Below are positions 46,739 to 56,977 of a stretch of 64,000 nt of DNA, piece by piece. The DNA lies in NCBI GenBank assembly GCA_963827685.1, contig CAWHBU010000005.1, forward strand, positions 128,001 through 192,000, given 5' to 3'. Positions within the stretch are counted from its first letter, which is position 1; each line of letters opens with the position of its first letter. The position numbers were made by a program, and so were the translations under genes. The notes under the pieces are model-generated. The model did no database searches. It worked only from the letters and a program-made list of their open reading frames with translations, and was not told the DNA's origin. The DNA comes from an uncultured delta proteobacterium (GTDB lineage Bacteria > Desulfobacterota > BSN033 > UBA1163).

Positions 46739-48205
46739 TCATTCACCTGTGGATTTATTCAGACTATTCGTTCTTAATCCCCAATCATATATTGTTACAC
46801 CTATTCTTCTAATAAGCTTCGATTTCAATAAGTTTTCCTGAAGGAAATCAGACATATAAGCCTTTGAAATCAATATATTTAAAATGGGCAGCCGTTCAAA
46901 ACGCCGCTGTATGGCAACCTTTCTTATATTGTATCGAACTCGTTTTGTATATTTTAAGGCCTTGATACGAGTTTCTAAATCCATCTCGGCGGTAACAAAA
47001 ACCGGTTGGCTATCCCAAGCATTGGCATCATTCAGATAGTTTTCTGAATCTCTAATAAACAAATTATTGTTCTTCACATATTCATATAAGTCGCTCCCAG
47101 GAAAAGGAATGGCATTAAAAAATTTAGCATCAAAAATAGGATACTTTTGGGCTAGATTGACTGACTCTTCTAATGCAGCCCAATCTTCCCCAGGGCAACC
47201 AACAATGAAAAACAAGACAACATCCAATCCAATTCTACATGCATATTCCGTCATATCACAAACTGCTTCTATCTTGAGATGTTTTCGCATTAATCTACGA
47301 ACTGTCTCATTTGCACTTTCCACTCCAAAAGCAATATACTCCCAACCAATAGATTTCATACGGTCTAGCATATCTTTATCACAGCAATCTGCCCTCAAAC
47401 CGTTCGGAGATCTAAAATGCAACCCTTTCAATCCTCGTTTTTCTATCCTATCAGCAAACTCAAAAATGCGAGATTTTTTGGTAGTAAAACAGTCATCAAC
47501 TATAGCGAATCTACGCTTTCCTAGCTCATACCAAAACTCGATCTCGTCTACCACGTTGTCTGCTGAACGTGGTATCCATTTTCTGCCTATGGATCGTTCG
47601 ATAGAACAGAAGGTGCACGTAAATGGACAGCCCCGTGAAGAAACTATAGGTACTTCATCATATACATAGCGATTCAATTCAAAATGATTATATGTTGGAA
47701 ATGGGATTGAATCTAAATCAATAATGCGGGATCTTTCTCCTGTAAAGCATACCTCCCCATTTTTTCTGTATAAGAGTCCAGCAATTTGAGAGAGATCCTC
47801 GCCGCGACATAATTCCATTAAAGCCGGCTCCCCTTCTCCCGTTATTGCCAAATCAATTTCGGGGCAAGCTTTTAACACGTTGTCTTGCAATGCTGATACA
47901 TGCGGTCCCCCTACAAGAATTACAGCTGTGTCTCCTACAAATTCTCTTATTTTTCTTATCGTCCTATAGTGATTCATAAATTGGAGTGACATAAGGCTCA
48001 GCCCGATCAAGTCGGGTTTATGTTCTTGCAGTTCATTTTTTAACTCCGAATCAGAATATTTGAAACGCAGATCCATTATTCTGTGGTTTGTGCCTCCTAA
48101 CTGAAGTACCTCTGAAAGGTACCCCAATCCAACAGGTGCATGGGTGACTCCATATCTAGTCTCTAGGTAATCCGGAAAAAGCAAAAGAACGTTGTTGAAC
48201 CGCAT
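46739..48205 (-). CDS. B12-binding radical SAM protein
   Basis: GGPH, GEGE, SSRGCPFTCTFC, GVES. Confidence 0.92.
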   Translation of the reverse strand: MRFNNVLLLFPDYLETRYGVTHAPVGLGYLSEVLQLGGTNHRIMDLRFKYSDSELKNELQEHKPDLIGLSLMSLQFMNHYRTIRKIREFVGDTAVILVGGPHVSALQDNVLKACPEIDLAITGEGEPALMELCRGEDLSQIAGLLYRKNGEVCFTGERSRIIDLDSIPFPTYNHFELNRYVYDEVPIVSSRGCPFTCTFCSIERSIGRKWIPRSADNVVDEIEFWYELGKRRFAIVDDCFTTKKSRIFEFADRIEKRGLKGLHFRSPNGLRADCCDKDMLDRMKSIGWEYIAFGVESANETVRRLMRKHLKIEAVCDMTEYACRIGLDVVLFFIVGCPGEDWAALEESVNLAQKYPIFDAKFFNAIPFPGSDLYEYVKNNNLFIRDSENYLNDANAWDSQPVFVTAEMDLETRIKALKYTKRVRYNIRKVAIQRRFERLPILNILISKAYMSDFLQENLLKSKLIRRIGVTIYDWGLRTNSLNKSTGE

Positions 48206-48229
48206 ATTAAAGCCCCCGCGTATCATATT

Positions 48230-49402
48230 TTATGCCAGTTTCAAACAATCCATGTATAACGAATAAATGTGATCAGTTACTATTTTCCAAGAGAATTTAT
48301 TTTCAACACGTAATCGGGCTCTTACTGATAGTTCCCTTCGAAGAGACTCATCGTAGTATAATTGTTTTAGGGCACTTTCAATTTCCGAGGCACTTCTTTC
48401 GGCGACTACTAATCCAGCATCACCAAGCACCTTTGGTATTTCACCACAATTTGAGCCTATCACTGGTATACCGCAGGCCATAGCCTCAATTATAATCCTT
48501 CCAAACTGTTCCTTCCAACCGGATACTGTGATGGAAGGCAAAACCAATACATCTAATTGCTGTAGATAGCTTGGCATATCGCTATTTTGTATTTTCCCTA
48601 GGAATGTCGTAGAGAATTCGATACCTAACTTATGACACAAGTCCTCTAAATCCCTTTTTTGAACCCCGTTTCCTGCCAATTTTAACCGATAAGGGAAAGG
48701 AAGGCGTGACGCTGCTCGCAGAATATATTCTACTCCCTTATGGTGAGCCATTTCCCCCGCATAACCAATCACCAAAGGCCTTTCTTTAGAGTTATAGATT
48801 CTAGATGTAGCTTGTGGATTAGCAGGACAAAATACGTCAATATCAACACCATGCGTAACCACTTTTAGAATGCCAGGATAACCCTTTAATCTAAGCACAT
48901 CCACTACGTCATCATTTCTCGCCATAACCATACAGGAGTTCTTCAAAACGAAATTTTCTATCCAACGAAAAGGGCATAAATGGTCCTTATAAATGTTCTG
49001 CGATGAATGCAAAATAAGCCGGGCTTTACTCAGCCAAGCCTTTTTGATTAGCGTTACTTGAAGAGCTAAAAGACTATAAGGTTCCACATCAAGATCAATA
49101 ATGTGCGGAGAAAATTTGCGTAGATCATTTATTAAAGAAGGAGCCATAATAAATAAATGCCATCGTTTGTTTCCCCAAATTTTCCAATTCATGAATGCTC
49201 TCTTCTCAACTACCTTCAAAGAAGCAGATGATTTTTCTTGAATTTTATCCGCCTTAAGGCCAATGTTATCCCACCACTCCTTTGGTACAACCACTAAATT
49301 GTCGGTTGGCCACGATGTTGCCAAGGTTTCGATTTTACGAAGGTATGTAGTAGATGCAAAAAAATATGAAATATGAGCTATTTTAATGCGTTTGTTTTGC
49401 AT
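48230..49402 (-). CDS. GT4 glycosyltransferase
   Basis: HGVD, HKG, EQFGRIIIEAMACG. Confidence 0.92.
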   Translation of the reverse strand: MQNKRIKIAHISYFFASTTYLRKIETLATSWPTDNLVVVPKEWWDNIGLKADKIQEKSSASLKVVEKRAFMNWKIWGNKRWHLFIMAPSLINDLRKFSPHIIDLDVEPYSLLALQVTLIKKAWLSKARLILHSSQNIYKDHLCPFRWIENFVLKNSCMVMARNDDVVDVLRLKGYPGILKVVTHGVDIDVFCPANPQATSRIYNSKERPLVIGYAGEMAHHKGVEYILRAASRLPFPYRLKLAGNGVQKRDLEDLCHKLGIEFSTTFLGKIQNSDMPSYLQQLDVLVLPSITVSGWKEQFGRIIIEAMACGIPVIGSNCGEIPKVLGDAGLVVAERSASEIESALKQLYYDESLRRELSVRARLRVENKFSWKIVTDHIYSLYMDCLKLA

Positions 49403-49626
49403 TTATGTTTTACTTTAGCCGGTATTTACGATAGATCGTTTACCTGGAACCTCGCGACGCTATTCTGACGAGACCTTTATTGCGCCTACACACCATGCAT
49501 CTCCCAGATTGGAAAAAAACCCAAATTCAAAACCGGGTAAAGGACACCCCACACCAATAAAACCAAGGTACGTTAGAGCCGCAACATAAATGTAACCGGC
49601 AACAATTGTCGTTGAGTTTAGAGCTA

Positions 49627-50451
49627 TCATTTCATAGCAACATACAAATAGTTTCCGTACTTCAGTCTCCTAAAAATGCGCCTAAACAGAGAGAAAGCCC
49701 ATGGATTTTCTGCCAATAAATGAGTAAATACAGCTCCAACTTTGCTATGGGGTAAATCAGGGAAGCAAATGGTTGTAGCAACGGCATTGTGAAATCCGGC
49801 TGATTCAAGGTAGCCGATTACTTCATCTGGCGAGTATTCCACAATATGCGATCTTGCATGTTTCCGACCTAGGACACGCTTCGGAAGGTTCAGCCTCCCA
49901 TCTGGCGTGCTCAGGCATAGTTTTCCTCCGGAAGCCATCACTCGATACACTTCATCCAGTACGCGCAGCATCTGTGAAGTTTCCATATGCTCTATAACAT
50001 CCATCATTACAACCAAATCGAAGAACGTCCCCGGAAAAGGAACATGATCTGCAGAAGCGCACACATAAATCTTACCCTGTGAGCAAAACCGGCGGGCCGC
50101 AAATCCTAGTGCATCCAAGTCTATATCTACACCAGCATAAAGATCCGCCTGCGGAAATAAATCGCTTCCTAGTCCCAAACTACAGCCCACATCTAACACT
50201 CGCGGGTGTCTTCCCGATACGGCAGCTACTGCAGCTTTATAACGCATTTGAGCGGCAGCGCGAGACCGGCGGACAATGACAGGTGGCATTCTTAGCCCAA
50301 TATTCGAAGTCCCTTGCATCCAAAACAGAATCTGCAAATCCAACTCAGAGAGTGGCTTGCACCTGCCACATATCTCTTCCCACTCAAACAATGACTTGGC
50401 TCTCCGTCGCTCTGGGCAAGTTAGGCAATACACTGTAGTCCTCATTCCCAT
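49627..50451 (-). CDS. Class I SAM methyltransferase with possible N-terminal CxxC..CxxC segment
   Basis: VLDVGCSLG, FDLV...VIEH, STP. Confidence 0.85.
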   Translation of the reverse strand: MGMRTTVYCLTCPERRRAKSLFEWEEICGRCKPLSELDLQILFWMQGTSNIGLRMPPVIVRRSRAAAQMRYKAAVAAVSGRHPRVLDVGCSLGLGSDLFPQADLYAGVDIDLDALGFAARRFCSQGKIYVCASADHVPFPGTFFDLVVMMDVIEHMETSQMLRVLDEVYRVMASGGKLCLSTPDGRLNLPKRVLGRKHARSHIVEYSPDEVIGYLESAGFHNAVATTICFPDLPHSKVGAVFTHLLAENPWAFSLFRRIFRRLKYGNYLYVAMK

Positions 50452-50720
50452 CTGGTCTGTGAAACGACATTTGAGCTATGCATAGAGAACACCTAAGCAT
50501 CAGATGGATACTTCCTAAATCCTTTGGCCGTAGCCGACTCCCGCCGATGGCCACTCGGGGGCCAAGTGGTGTTCGCATAATCGATTAGAAGTCGTCCCTT
50601 CATACTAATTTAAGTGGAGTCAAAAGATGAAATAGTACTCGACGGTTCTAAAGTTTTCTGTCATTACGATTTCATTTAGCTTTGCTTGAAAACGCATAAT
50701 ATCTTGATTTGAAGGCAACC

Positions 50721-52304
50721 TCAAACCCCTTTCCAAAATTGTTTAAGGAGGGCGGTAGTGCCTTGGTTGCGTAATTCCACCAACCAAGCCAGAGATATGT
50801 AGAGTGCGACCAAAATTGCTGAAACAGTGAAGGTGCGCACCCAAAAATCTACCTTGAGCGATAACAGCCACAAGTGCGCAAAATTCGCCCCAGTGTAACT
50901 AATTGCCGCTGCTACCGAATAAACAAAAATGGGTCTCCAAATGTTACTTAAAAACTTCTTATTCTGCAAAGAACGATGAAGCACAAGGCTTCCCAGTACT
51001 GCTGTCGTTAGCTGAACAATTGACGAGGAAAGCGCAATACCCACAAAATCAAACCAGCATACTAAAATTAGGTTCAAAATCACGTGCATCACCAGGGATA
51101 TTATACTTATAATTAGAAAGGCGCGGTTTTTTGAAAGGGCAAATAGACCCCGGATTAAGTAATAATACAGACCAGCAAAGGGCAGCCCAAGAGCAAAAGC
51201 GCCCAACGCCTTAGCTGTTCGTATGGTACATTCTGCATCAAACATGCCACGTTGCAAGATGATTCTCACAAGCTCATGACGCATTAGGATGATCCACGCT
51301 GACACACCAATCAAACCAAAAGATAGAAACATAGAAATTTTGAGCAAGGCATCCGCTAATTTTGTGTATTCACCCCGGGCTACCATCGTGGTCAGCTTAG
51401 GAAAAGCTGCCCAGGATACCGCCATTACTCCTGTCATTATCGGTATAGAAAGGTTATAAGCGTAACGGAGTGCAGAAATACTCCCGTTAGATAGGTAGGA
51501 AGCAATCAGGTTATCCACATAAGGTGAAAGTACCATGAAAATCATACTCAACCACAATGGGAAAAACAATTTCAAGGCGCGTTGCATGTCTGGATCGCGT
51601 AGATTAAGCAATGGTCTATAGGTGATCCCCAAACGTCCCAAAGCTTGGTATTGTATTAACACTTGAAGAAACATACCGATCAAGACACCCGCAGCCGGAG
51701 CATAAAGACCATAAGTATGCCCAAACATTAGGGTCATAGCAATCACGGCGATTGCACCAAAAGAAAGAGAAAGAGAGGGTAATAGGAAACGATCCATTGC
51801 GTTTAATACAGCCCAGGGCACATTAGACAATCCCATTAACGGAGCTGCCAGAATTGTTATTAACAATAAACGAGCCGTCAATGCCTTGATGTCGGTAGCA
51901 AATCCGCCGGCCAACAAATGCACTGCCAGAGAAGCACCCAGCATAACTAAAACCGAAAGCGTTCCACTGACAAGCAATATGAGGGTCGAAGCATTATTGA
52001 CCAGCCGTGCCACACCAGGCTGATCTTTGCGCTGAAGGAGATCAACCACAGGAGGCATGAGAGCCGAATAAACTGAAGTGCTGGCCACTAGACAATCAAG
52101 TTGCATCGGGGCTTGCATTGCCACAAACAGTGCATCAGTTTGAGATGAAGTGCCATAAAAGGATGCAATGACAATCTCGCGCAAGAATGAAAATACTTTC
52201 GAAGCGAACAACCCAACCCCCATTGCCAGGGTGCTGGTTGTAAAAGCATGGATACCTGTGCCGTCTGTTGGAGGGATTGTAGTTTCCTTAGTATTCAATT
52301 CCAC
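50721..52304 (-). CDS. MurJ/MOP-family flippase of the polysaccharide locus
   Basis: SK..SFLRE..IA..YG, QRG.FD, many TMs. Confidence 0.85.
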   Translation of the reverse strand: MELNTKETTIPPTDGTGIHAFTTSTLAMGVGLFASKVFSFLREIVIASFYGTSSQTDALFVAMQAPMQLDCLVASTSVYSALMPPVVDLLQRKDQPGVARLVNNASTLILLVSGTLSVLVMLGASLAVHLLAGGFATDIKALTARLLLITILAAPLMGLSNVPWAVLNAMDRFLLPSLSLSFGAIAVIAMTLMFGHTYGLYAPAAGVLIGMFLQVLIQYQALGRLGITYRPLLNLRDPDMQRALKLFFPLWLSMIFMVLSPYVDNLIASYLSNGSISALRYAYNLSIPIMTGVMAVSWAAFPKLTTMVARGEYTKLADALLKISMFLSFGLIGVSAWIILMRHELVRIILQRGMFDAECTIRTAKALGAFALGLPFAGLYYYLIRGLFALSKNRAFLIISIISLVMHVILNLILVCWFDFVGIALSSSIVQLTTAVLGSLVLHRSLQNKKFLSNIWRPIFVYSVAAAISYTGANFAHLWLLSLKVDFWVRTFTVSAILVALYISLAWLVELRNQGTTALLKQFWKGV

Positions 52305-52331
52305 ATGAGGTTAAGGATTCGAATAAATGAC

Positions 52332-53453
52332 CTACTTCTTCAGCGCAGAAGACCATGCTTGCACGTAATCCTGAACTACATCCGACCAATCGAAATAAGC
52401 CTTTACGTGATCATAAGCTGCCTCTCCCATCTTCACAGCTCTTTCCGGTTCTCGTAGTAAGGATAATATTCCCTCCGATATCGATTTCGGATTTGGCGCA
52501 GTTAGAATACCCGTGACATTGGGAACAACAGTCTCGGGTATTCCGCCTACGTAGGGGGATACAACTGCTTTACCGGCTGCCATCGCTTCGAGCAATACAA
52601 TCCCCAGTGGTTCCATACGAGCTGAGTGCACATAAAATTCGCAGCCACGCATTAATGAAGCCACTTCAGTTTGTGGGCGTTCACCCATGAAACGCACATG
52701 GTCTTGCAACCCAAGGAATTTTACCATTTCCTCTACTTTGGGACGTTCATCTCCATCTCCACAGAGCCAAAGCTCGGGAGCATTAGGAAATGCTGAAAGC
52801 ACTTGTTTATAAGCATGAACCAAATTATCTTGACCTTTTTTATATACAAATCTGCCTACATTGAGGAGATAAGGAGTTTTATTTGAATATATCGGAGCAC
52901 TGGCAATGGCCTCCACATCGACTCCATTACGCATAACACAAGCTTGTTTACCAGCAGCTCGCACAAGCTCAGCCCCTTCGTTCATCAAGTACTGGGAGCA
53001 AAATCCAACTGCTACGGAGTTTCGAAAAGCAGATCGGACCAGAAAGGGTTGATCAAGACGAATGTGAAAATCCTCCAGAATATCGCTACCACAGGCACAC
53101 ACCACTAAGGGCAACTTTGTTATTTTATGTAATAAGATTGGATAGATAACTCCTGGACCCACATAATGTTGATGTAATAAATCGGGACGCCAACTCCTTG
53201 CACGGAATATCAGTCTTAAAAAAGTTGAAAGAAACCGAAATGGGAATGAGATGAAAGGTTTCAATCTCCAATTAAAGCGCCAAACATCAATACCGTCGAT
53301 GTTGTCGAGCACCGGCAGATCAGATCTATGTCTTGAAGTTACAACAACAATCTGGTGGCCCAGACGCGAAGCCTGACGTGCGAGGTTAGAAACAGCACTG
53401 CTTATCCCATGTGCTGCTGGAAGATATTCATTGCAAAAAACTAAAACACGCAT
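52332..53453 (-). CDS. GT4 glycosyltransferase
   Basis: NGVD, GRFVYKKG, EPLGIVLLEAMAAG. Confidence 0.92.
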   Translation of the reverse strand: MRVLVFCNEYLPAAHGISSAVSNLARQASRLGHQIVVVTSRHRSDLPVLDNIDGIDVWRFNWRLKPFISFPFRFLSTFLRLIFRARSWRPDLLHQHYVGPGVIYPILLHKITKLPLVVCACGSDILEDFHIRLDQPFLVRSAFRNSVAVGFCSQYLMNEGAELVRAAGKQACVMRNGVDVEAIASAPIYSNKTPYLLNVGRFVYKKGQDNLVHAYKQVLSAFPNAPELWLCGDGDERPKVEEMVKFLGLQDHVRFMGERPQTEVASLMRGCEFYVHSARMEPLGIVLLEAMAAGKAVVSPYVGGIPETVVPNVTGILTAPNPKSISEGILSLLREPERAVKMGEAAYDHVKAYFDWSDVVQDYVQAWSSALKK

Positions 53454-53484
53454 AAAATACTGAATTTCCTTTCTACCGAACCGA

Positions 53485-54975
53485 TTAGGAGTGCTCTTTC
53501 ATGAAAGATCCTTTGAATACTACTTCTGTATTAGAAATTATCTCCTTATGGAGACGTTGGGCGATCCAGACCATTACCACCAATAAACTGGTAGAAGAAG
53601 GATCGCCTATGTTATTGAAAAATAGGCTCCCAGCCAGATAGGCGGCGAACCATGCAAATACCCCTGCTACTAAGTTGTCTGACATTTTTTTGCGTACGGA
53701 CCATAAACGAAGCAAAGGTGCCAATACAAACCATAGGAAAGCTACCAAACCAAAAATGCCCATCTGCAACGCCAGGTAAAGATACATATTTTCGGTCGTT
53801 GCAAATACAGTGACGGGAGTGCCAGCCCAAGAAGTAGATACCTGGTAGCCGGCCTCTTGTTCAAACCCAGGACCGAGGCCCAAAAGAGGATTATCAACCA
53901 CGACTCTCACATAATGCACCCACACATCTATCCTGCTTATGTCAGTGTCATATTGGTCGAGCAAACGACCCGCCAATGTACCCTTGGCTATTATAGAGAG
54001 AGCAATAGGTATTATTAAAGCAAAGATAAATACAATAAAGCCTTTGCGTAGGACTAATGCTTTAGTTTTGCCACGGCTCAGTGCCAGCAAGACCAATAGC
54101 CCTACCGCAATAGCCACCCAACCAGTACGTTTGTATGAGGCCAGGCTGGCAATAATCAGGAGTCCACTAACATAAAGGTATGAAGAGTGCCATAATGAGC
54201 GTCGGTGATCGCCAATTGCCAGGCCTAAAGCTAAGTACCCAAAACAGGCAGTATATAAGGCGAAGTACAGATTGTTAATGAAAGTGCCAAAGGCAAGGAC
54301 ACGTCCGCCATAAATCCAATTAAAGCCACCTTGCCAGAGTTTCTCACTCAACCAATCTGGGTCAAACAGAAACCGAGCAAATGGCATTCGCAAAATATCT
54401 TCAATCACAGAGGGATCATTTATTATAAACTGGACTAAGCCAAGCATCGCTTGCAGCGTCATAGACAACAAGAGTATTCCCAAAACATTTCCAATACTCA
54501 ATCGGTCCTCATTGGCCTGAATGAGCCAATACAGCACAATCGGCAGTGTCCAATCAAGTAAGAACTTCAAAGTTTCCCTAACATCACCCCTGATCAAGCC
54601 TGACAAAGTGCCTAAGAAAATTAAAATCAGCAAGGGGATAAATCTACTGTAGACAATGGTAAACTGCCCTGAAATGCAGTACTTCAGAATCTGCAGGATA
54701 GCCAGTGTTAATAATATTATTTGGAAAACAGTAAAGGTAAATGTAGTACCAGGCCAATTGAAAAGATAAATCTGCCAGGGAATCAAGAATATTAAGACTT
54801 GGATAAGAGATATTCCGAGCAGTCGTAAGAAGATCAAAACCAACGCTATTATTAATATCGCGACTCTAATTCCGCTGGGTAATACGGGAATGAGTACTCC
54901 GGTTACAGCACAAACTACAAGAATAATAAGAGCGCGGTTTTTTATATCACTTTCGTATTTGTCAAAAGCAATCAT
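53485..54975 (-). CDS. O-antigen ligase/polymerase (Wzy_C) family membrane protein
   Basis: R..GTF.N, S.KRTGW, R...W......NPLLG.G, N.YL...GIFG. Confidence 0.8.
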   Translation of the reverse strand: MIAFDKYESDIKNRALIILVVCAVTGVLIPVLPSGIRVAILIIALVLIFLRLLGISLIQVLIFLIPWQIYLFNWPGTTFTFTVFQIILLTLAILQILKYCISGQFTIVYSRFIPLLILIFLGTLSGLIRGDVRETLKFLLDWTLPIVLYWLIQANEDRLSIGNVLGILLLSMTLQAMLGLVQFIINDPSVIEDILRMPFARFLFDPDWLSEKLWQGGFNWIYGGRVLAFGTFINNLYFALYTACFGYLALGLAIGDHRRSLWHSSYLYVSGLLIIASLASYKRTGWVAIAVGLLVLLALSRGKTKALVLRKGFIVFIFALIIPIALSIIAKGTLAGRLLDQYDTDISRIDVWVHYVRVVVDNPLLGLGPGFEQEAGYQVSTSWAGTPVTVFATTENMYLYLALQMGIFGLVAFLWFVLAPLLRLWSVRKKMSDNLVAGVFAWFAAYLAGSLFFNNIGDPSSTSLLVVMVWIAQRLHKEIISNTEVVFKGSFMKEHS

Positions 54976-56024
54976 CAGTATTTTAAACTTCTTGTCAAAA
55001 TATTAGCCTCTTCTGGATAGTTATAAGCGTCCCAAGGAAACCTTTCGCCCTTAAGCCATTTTTGCCAACGATCTAAATCCTCTTTTACCATTATTTCAAC
55101 TAACTTCTTAAATTTCACTCTTGGCTCCCAACCTAACTTCTCCTTTGCTTTAGAGTAATCACCTTGTAAAAAATCCACATCTATAATTCTGAAAAACCTC
55201 TTATCTACCTTGACATACCTTTCCCAGTCTAATCCCACAATTTTAAATGCCTCCTCCACTAACTCCCTGACGGAATGTGTTTCATTAGTTGCAATCACAA
55301 AGTCATCAGGTTCATTTTGTTGAAGTATCATCCACATAGATTCGATATACTCTGGAGCATATCCCCAATCCCTTAATGCTTCTAAGTTACCAAGTGTCAA
55401 TTCCTTCTTTATTCCTAAAACAATCTTTGCCACTGCATTTGAGATTTTTCTCGTAACAAACTCCAAGCCTCTTAGGGACGATTCATGATTAAACAGAATC
55501 CCATTGCAGGCAAAAATGTTGTAACCGGTCCTATAAATTTTTGTCATCCAAAATGCATATAATTTCGCCGCTGCATAGGGAGAGGAAGGGGTGAAAGGGA
55601 TATTTTCATTTTGTGGTGCTGTATTCCCTTTTCCATATAATTCGCTTGTTGAGGCCTGATAAAATCTTATTTTTGTATTTATCTGTCGTATTGCTTCTAA
55701 TATTCTGGTTGTACCAAGACCAGTGATTTCGCCCGATCCTACAGGTTGCTCAAAGGAGGCGCTCACAAAACTTTGAGCTGCTAAATGATATATTTCGTCA
55801 GGCAAAGATATTTCAATCGCTTCTACAATTGATGAAGAATCAATTAAATCAGCTGGAATGAGATGAACCCTATCAAAAATATCTAAATACTGTAACCGCC
55901 AGAAATTGGGAGTTGAAAGTCTCCTGTAGGTACCAAAAACCTTATACCCCTTATCTAAAAGGAATTTGGCTAAATAAGCGCCATCTTGCCCCGTGATGCC
56001 GGTGATTAATGCCTGTTTAGTCAT
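54975..56024 (-). CDS. gmd: GDP-mannose 4,6-dehydratase
   Basis: ITGITGQDGAYL, LAAQSFV, YQASTSE, FNHES. Confidence 0.96.
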   Translation of the reverse strand: MTKQALITGITGQDGAYLAKFLLDKGYKVFGTYRRLSTPNFWRLQYLDIFDRVHLIPADLIDSSSIVEAIEISLPDEIYHLAAQSFVSASFEQPVGSGEITGLGTTRILEAIRQINTKIRFYQASTSELYGKGNTAPQNENIPFTPSSPYAAAKLYAFWMTKIYRTGYNIFACNGILFNHESSLRGLEFVTRKISNAVAKIVLGIKKELTLGNLEALRDWGYAPEYIESMWMILQQNEPDDFVIATNETHSVRELVEEAFKIVGLDWERYVKVDKRFFRIIDVDFLQGDYSKAKEKLGWEPRVKFKKLVEIMVKEDLDRWQKWLKGERFPWDAYNYPEEANILTRSLKY

Positions 56025-56050
56025 TCTGAACCCTCGAGTAATTCATTCTT

Positions 56051-56072
56051 AAAAGACAGCGAGCCGTCTTTT
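56051..56072 (-). terminator. Putative intrinsic terminator just upstream of gmd
   Basis: Minus strand AAAAGACGGC-TC-GCTGTCTTTT. Confidence 0.5.
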
Positions 56073-56240
56073 GTGTCATCGGGCCTAAGAGACGACAAAC
56101 GCAGACTACAAGGGAGATAATTAAAAAAATGATTTCTGATTGGAGATTGCAAAAGCTAGAAAGTCAAGGTTGGAAGGGTTAATCGGTTGCTGAGTGGCTA
56201 AGTCATTTCGTCGCCGCATCAAAGCATATTCATTAAAGAA

Positions 56241-56284
56241 GCTTCCGCCCTTCCGGATTTTGACTCAATCCCACAAGAGTCCGT
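56241..56284 (-). promoter_or_regulatory. ops/JUMPstart-like site
   Basis: Minus strand GACTC-N10-GAGTC hairpin followed by GGGCGGAAGC (one mismatch to ops core GGCGGTAGC). Confidence 0.45.
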
Positions 56285-56314
56285 CAGAAAATTTTGTGCC
56301 AGTTTTCTGGGCAA

Positions 56315-56423
56315 TGGGCTTTTTCTGTTTATCGAGTTTATTGGGCTTCTTGGGTTTAAAGCCTGGTAACTTCCTATTTTTAATCAATTCAACTCAAGAA
56401 ACCCAAGAAACTCAAAAAACTTA
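56315..56423. repeat. Inverted pair of 9-mer arrays
   Basis: CGAGTTTAT TGGGCTTCT TGGGTTTAA / AACTCAAGA AACCCAAGA AACTCAAAA. Confidence 0.8.
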
Positions 56424-56975
56424 TTATGCCGCCTTTTTAATATGCGAACGAGAGATTTGAATGGGTACCTCAACACCAATCAGATTGAGCAGAATCCTTA
56501 CCCGTCCATTATCTGAGATCTTCTTCTGAAAGATTCCGTTGAATTCTTTAAATGGACCTGAAGTAATCTGAACGACGTCGCCCTCTTTTAGTTCTTCCTC
56601 TAACTTTACAAGATTATCCTTCCCCATTCTCTCCTTAATCGCCAGGACGACTTTATCAGAAATAGGCATCGGCCCATCTCCAAAACCCAGAAGTTTACTG
56701 ACCCCCCTTGTCCACTTCACCTTATAGTAATGAAGATTAAGATCGAGTCTTGCAAAGAGGTAGCTTGGAAAGAAGGGTTTTATCGTCTGAATTACGTTTC
56801 CGTTTCGATATTGATGGTTTTGGATCAAAGGAAGGAAGGTTTCAATCTTTTGATTAAGGAGATGAGTCTCCACACGATGTTCAGCGCCTGGCTTAGTATG
56901 GACAACAAACCAATCGAGACCGTCAAATGAATTTATCGGACTGCTTTGGTCCTCTAAATTCATCTTGCCCCCCAT
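56424..56975 (-). CDS. NusG paralog antiterminator (RfaH/UpxY-like)
   Basis: WFVVHTKP, PFFPSYLF, TRGV, KOW GD.V.ITSGPF. Confidence 0.9.
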   Translation of the reverse strand: MGGKMNLEDQSSPINSFDGLDWFVVHTKPGAEHRVETHLLNQKIETFLPLIQNHQYRNGNVIQTIKPFFPSYLFARLDLNLHYYKVKWTRGVSKLLGFGDGPMPISDKVVLAIKERMGKDNLVKLEEELKEGDVVQITSGPFKEFNGIFQKKISDNGRVRILLNLIGVEVPIQISRSHIKKAA

Positions 56976-56977
56976 TT

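Noticed and set aside
49403-49626. Hydrophobic open frame in intergenic gap
   Set aside because: No recognisable homology; may be a gene remnant but unsupported
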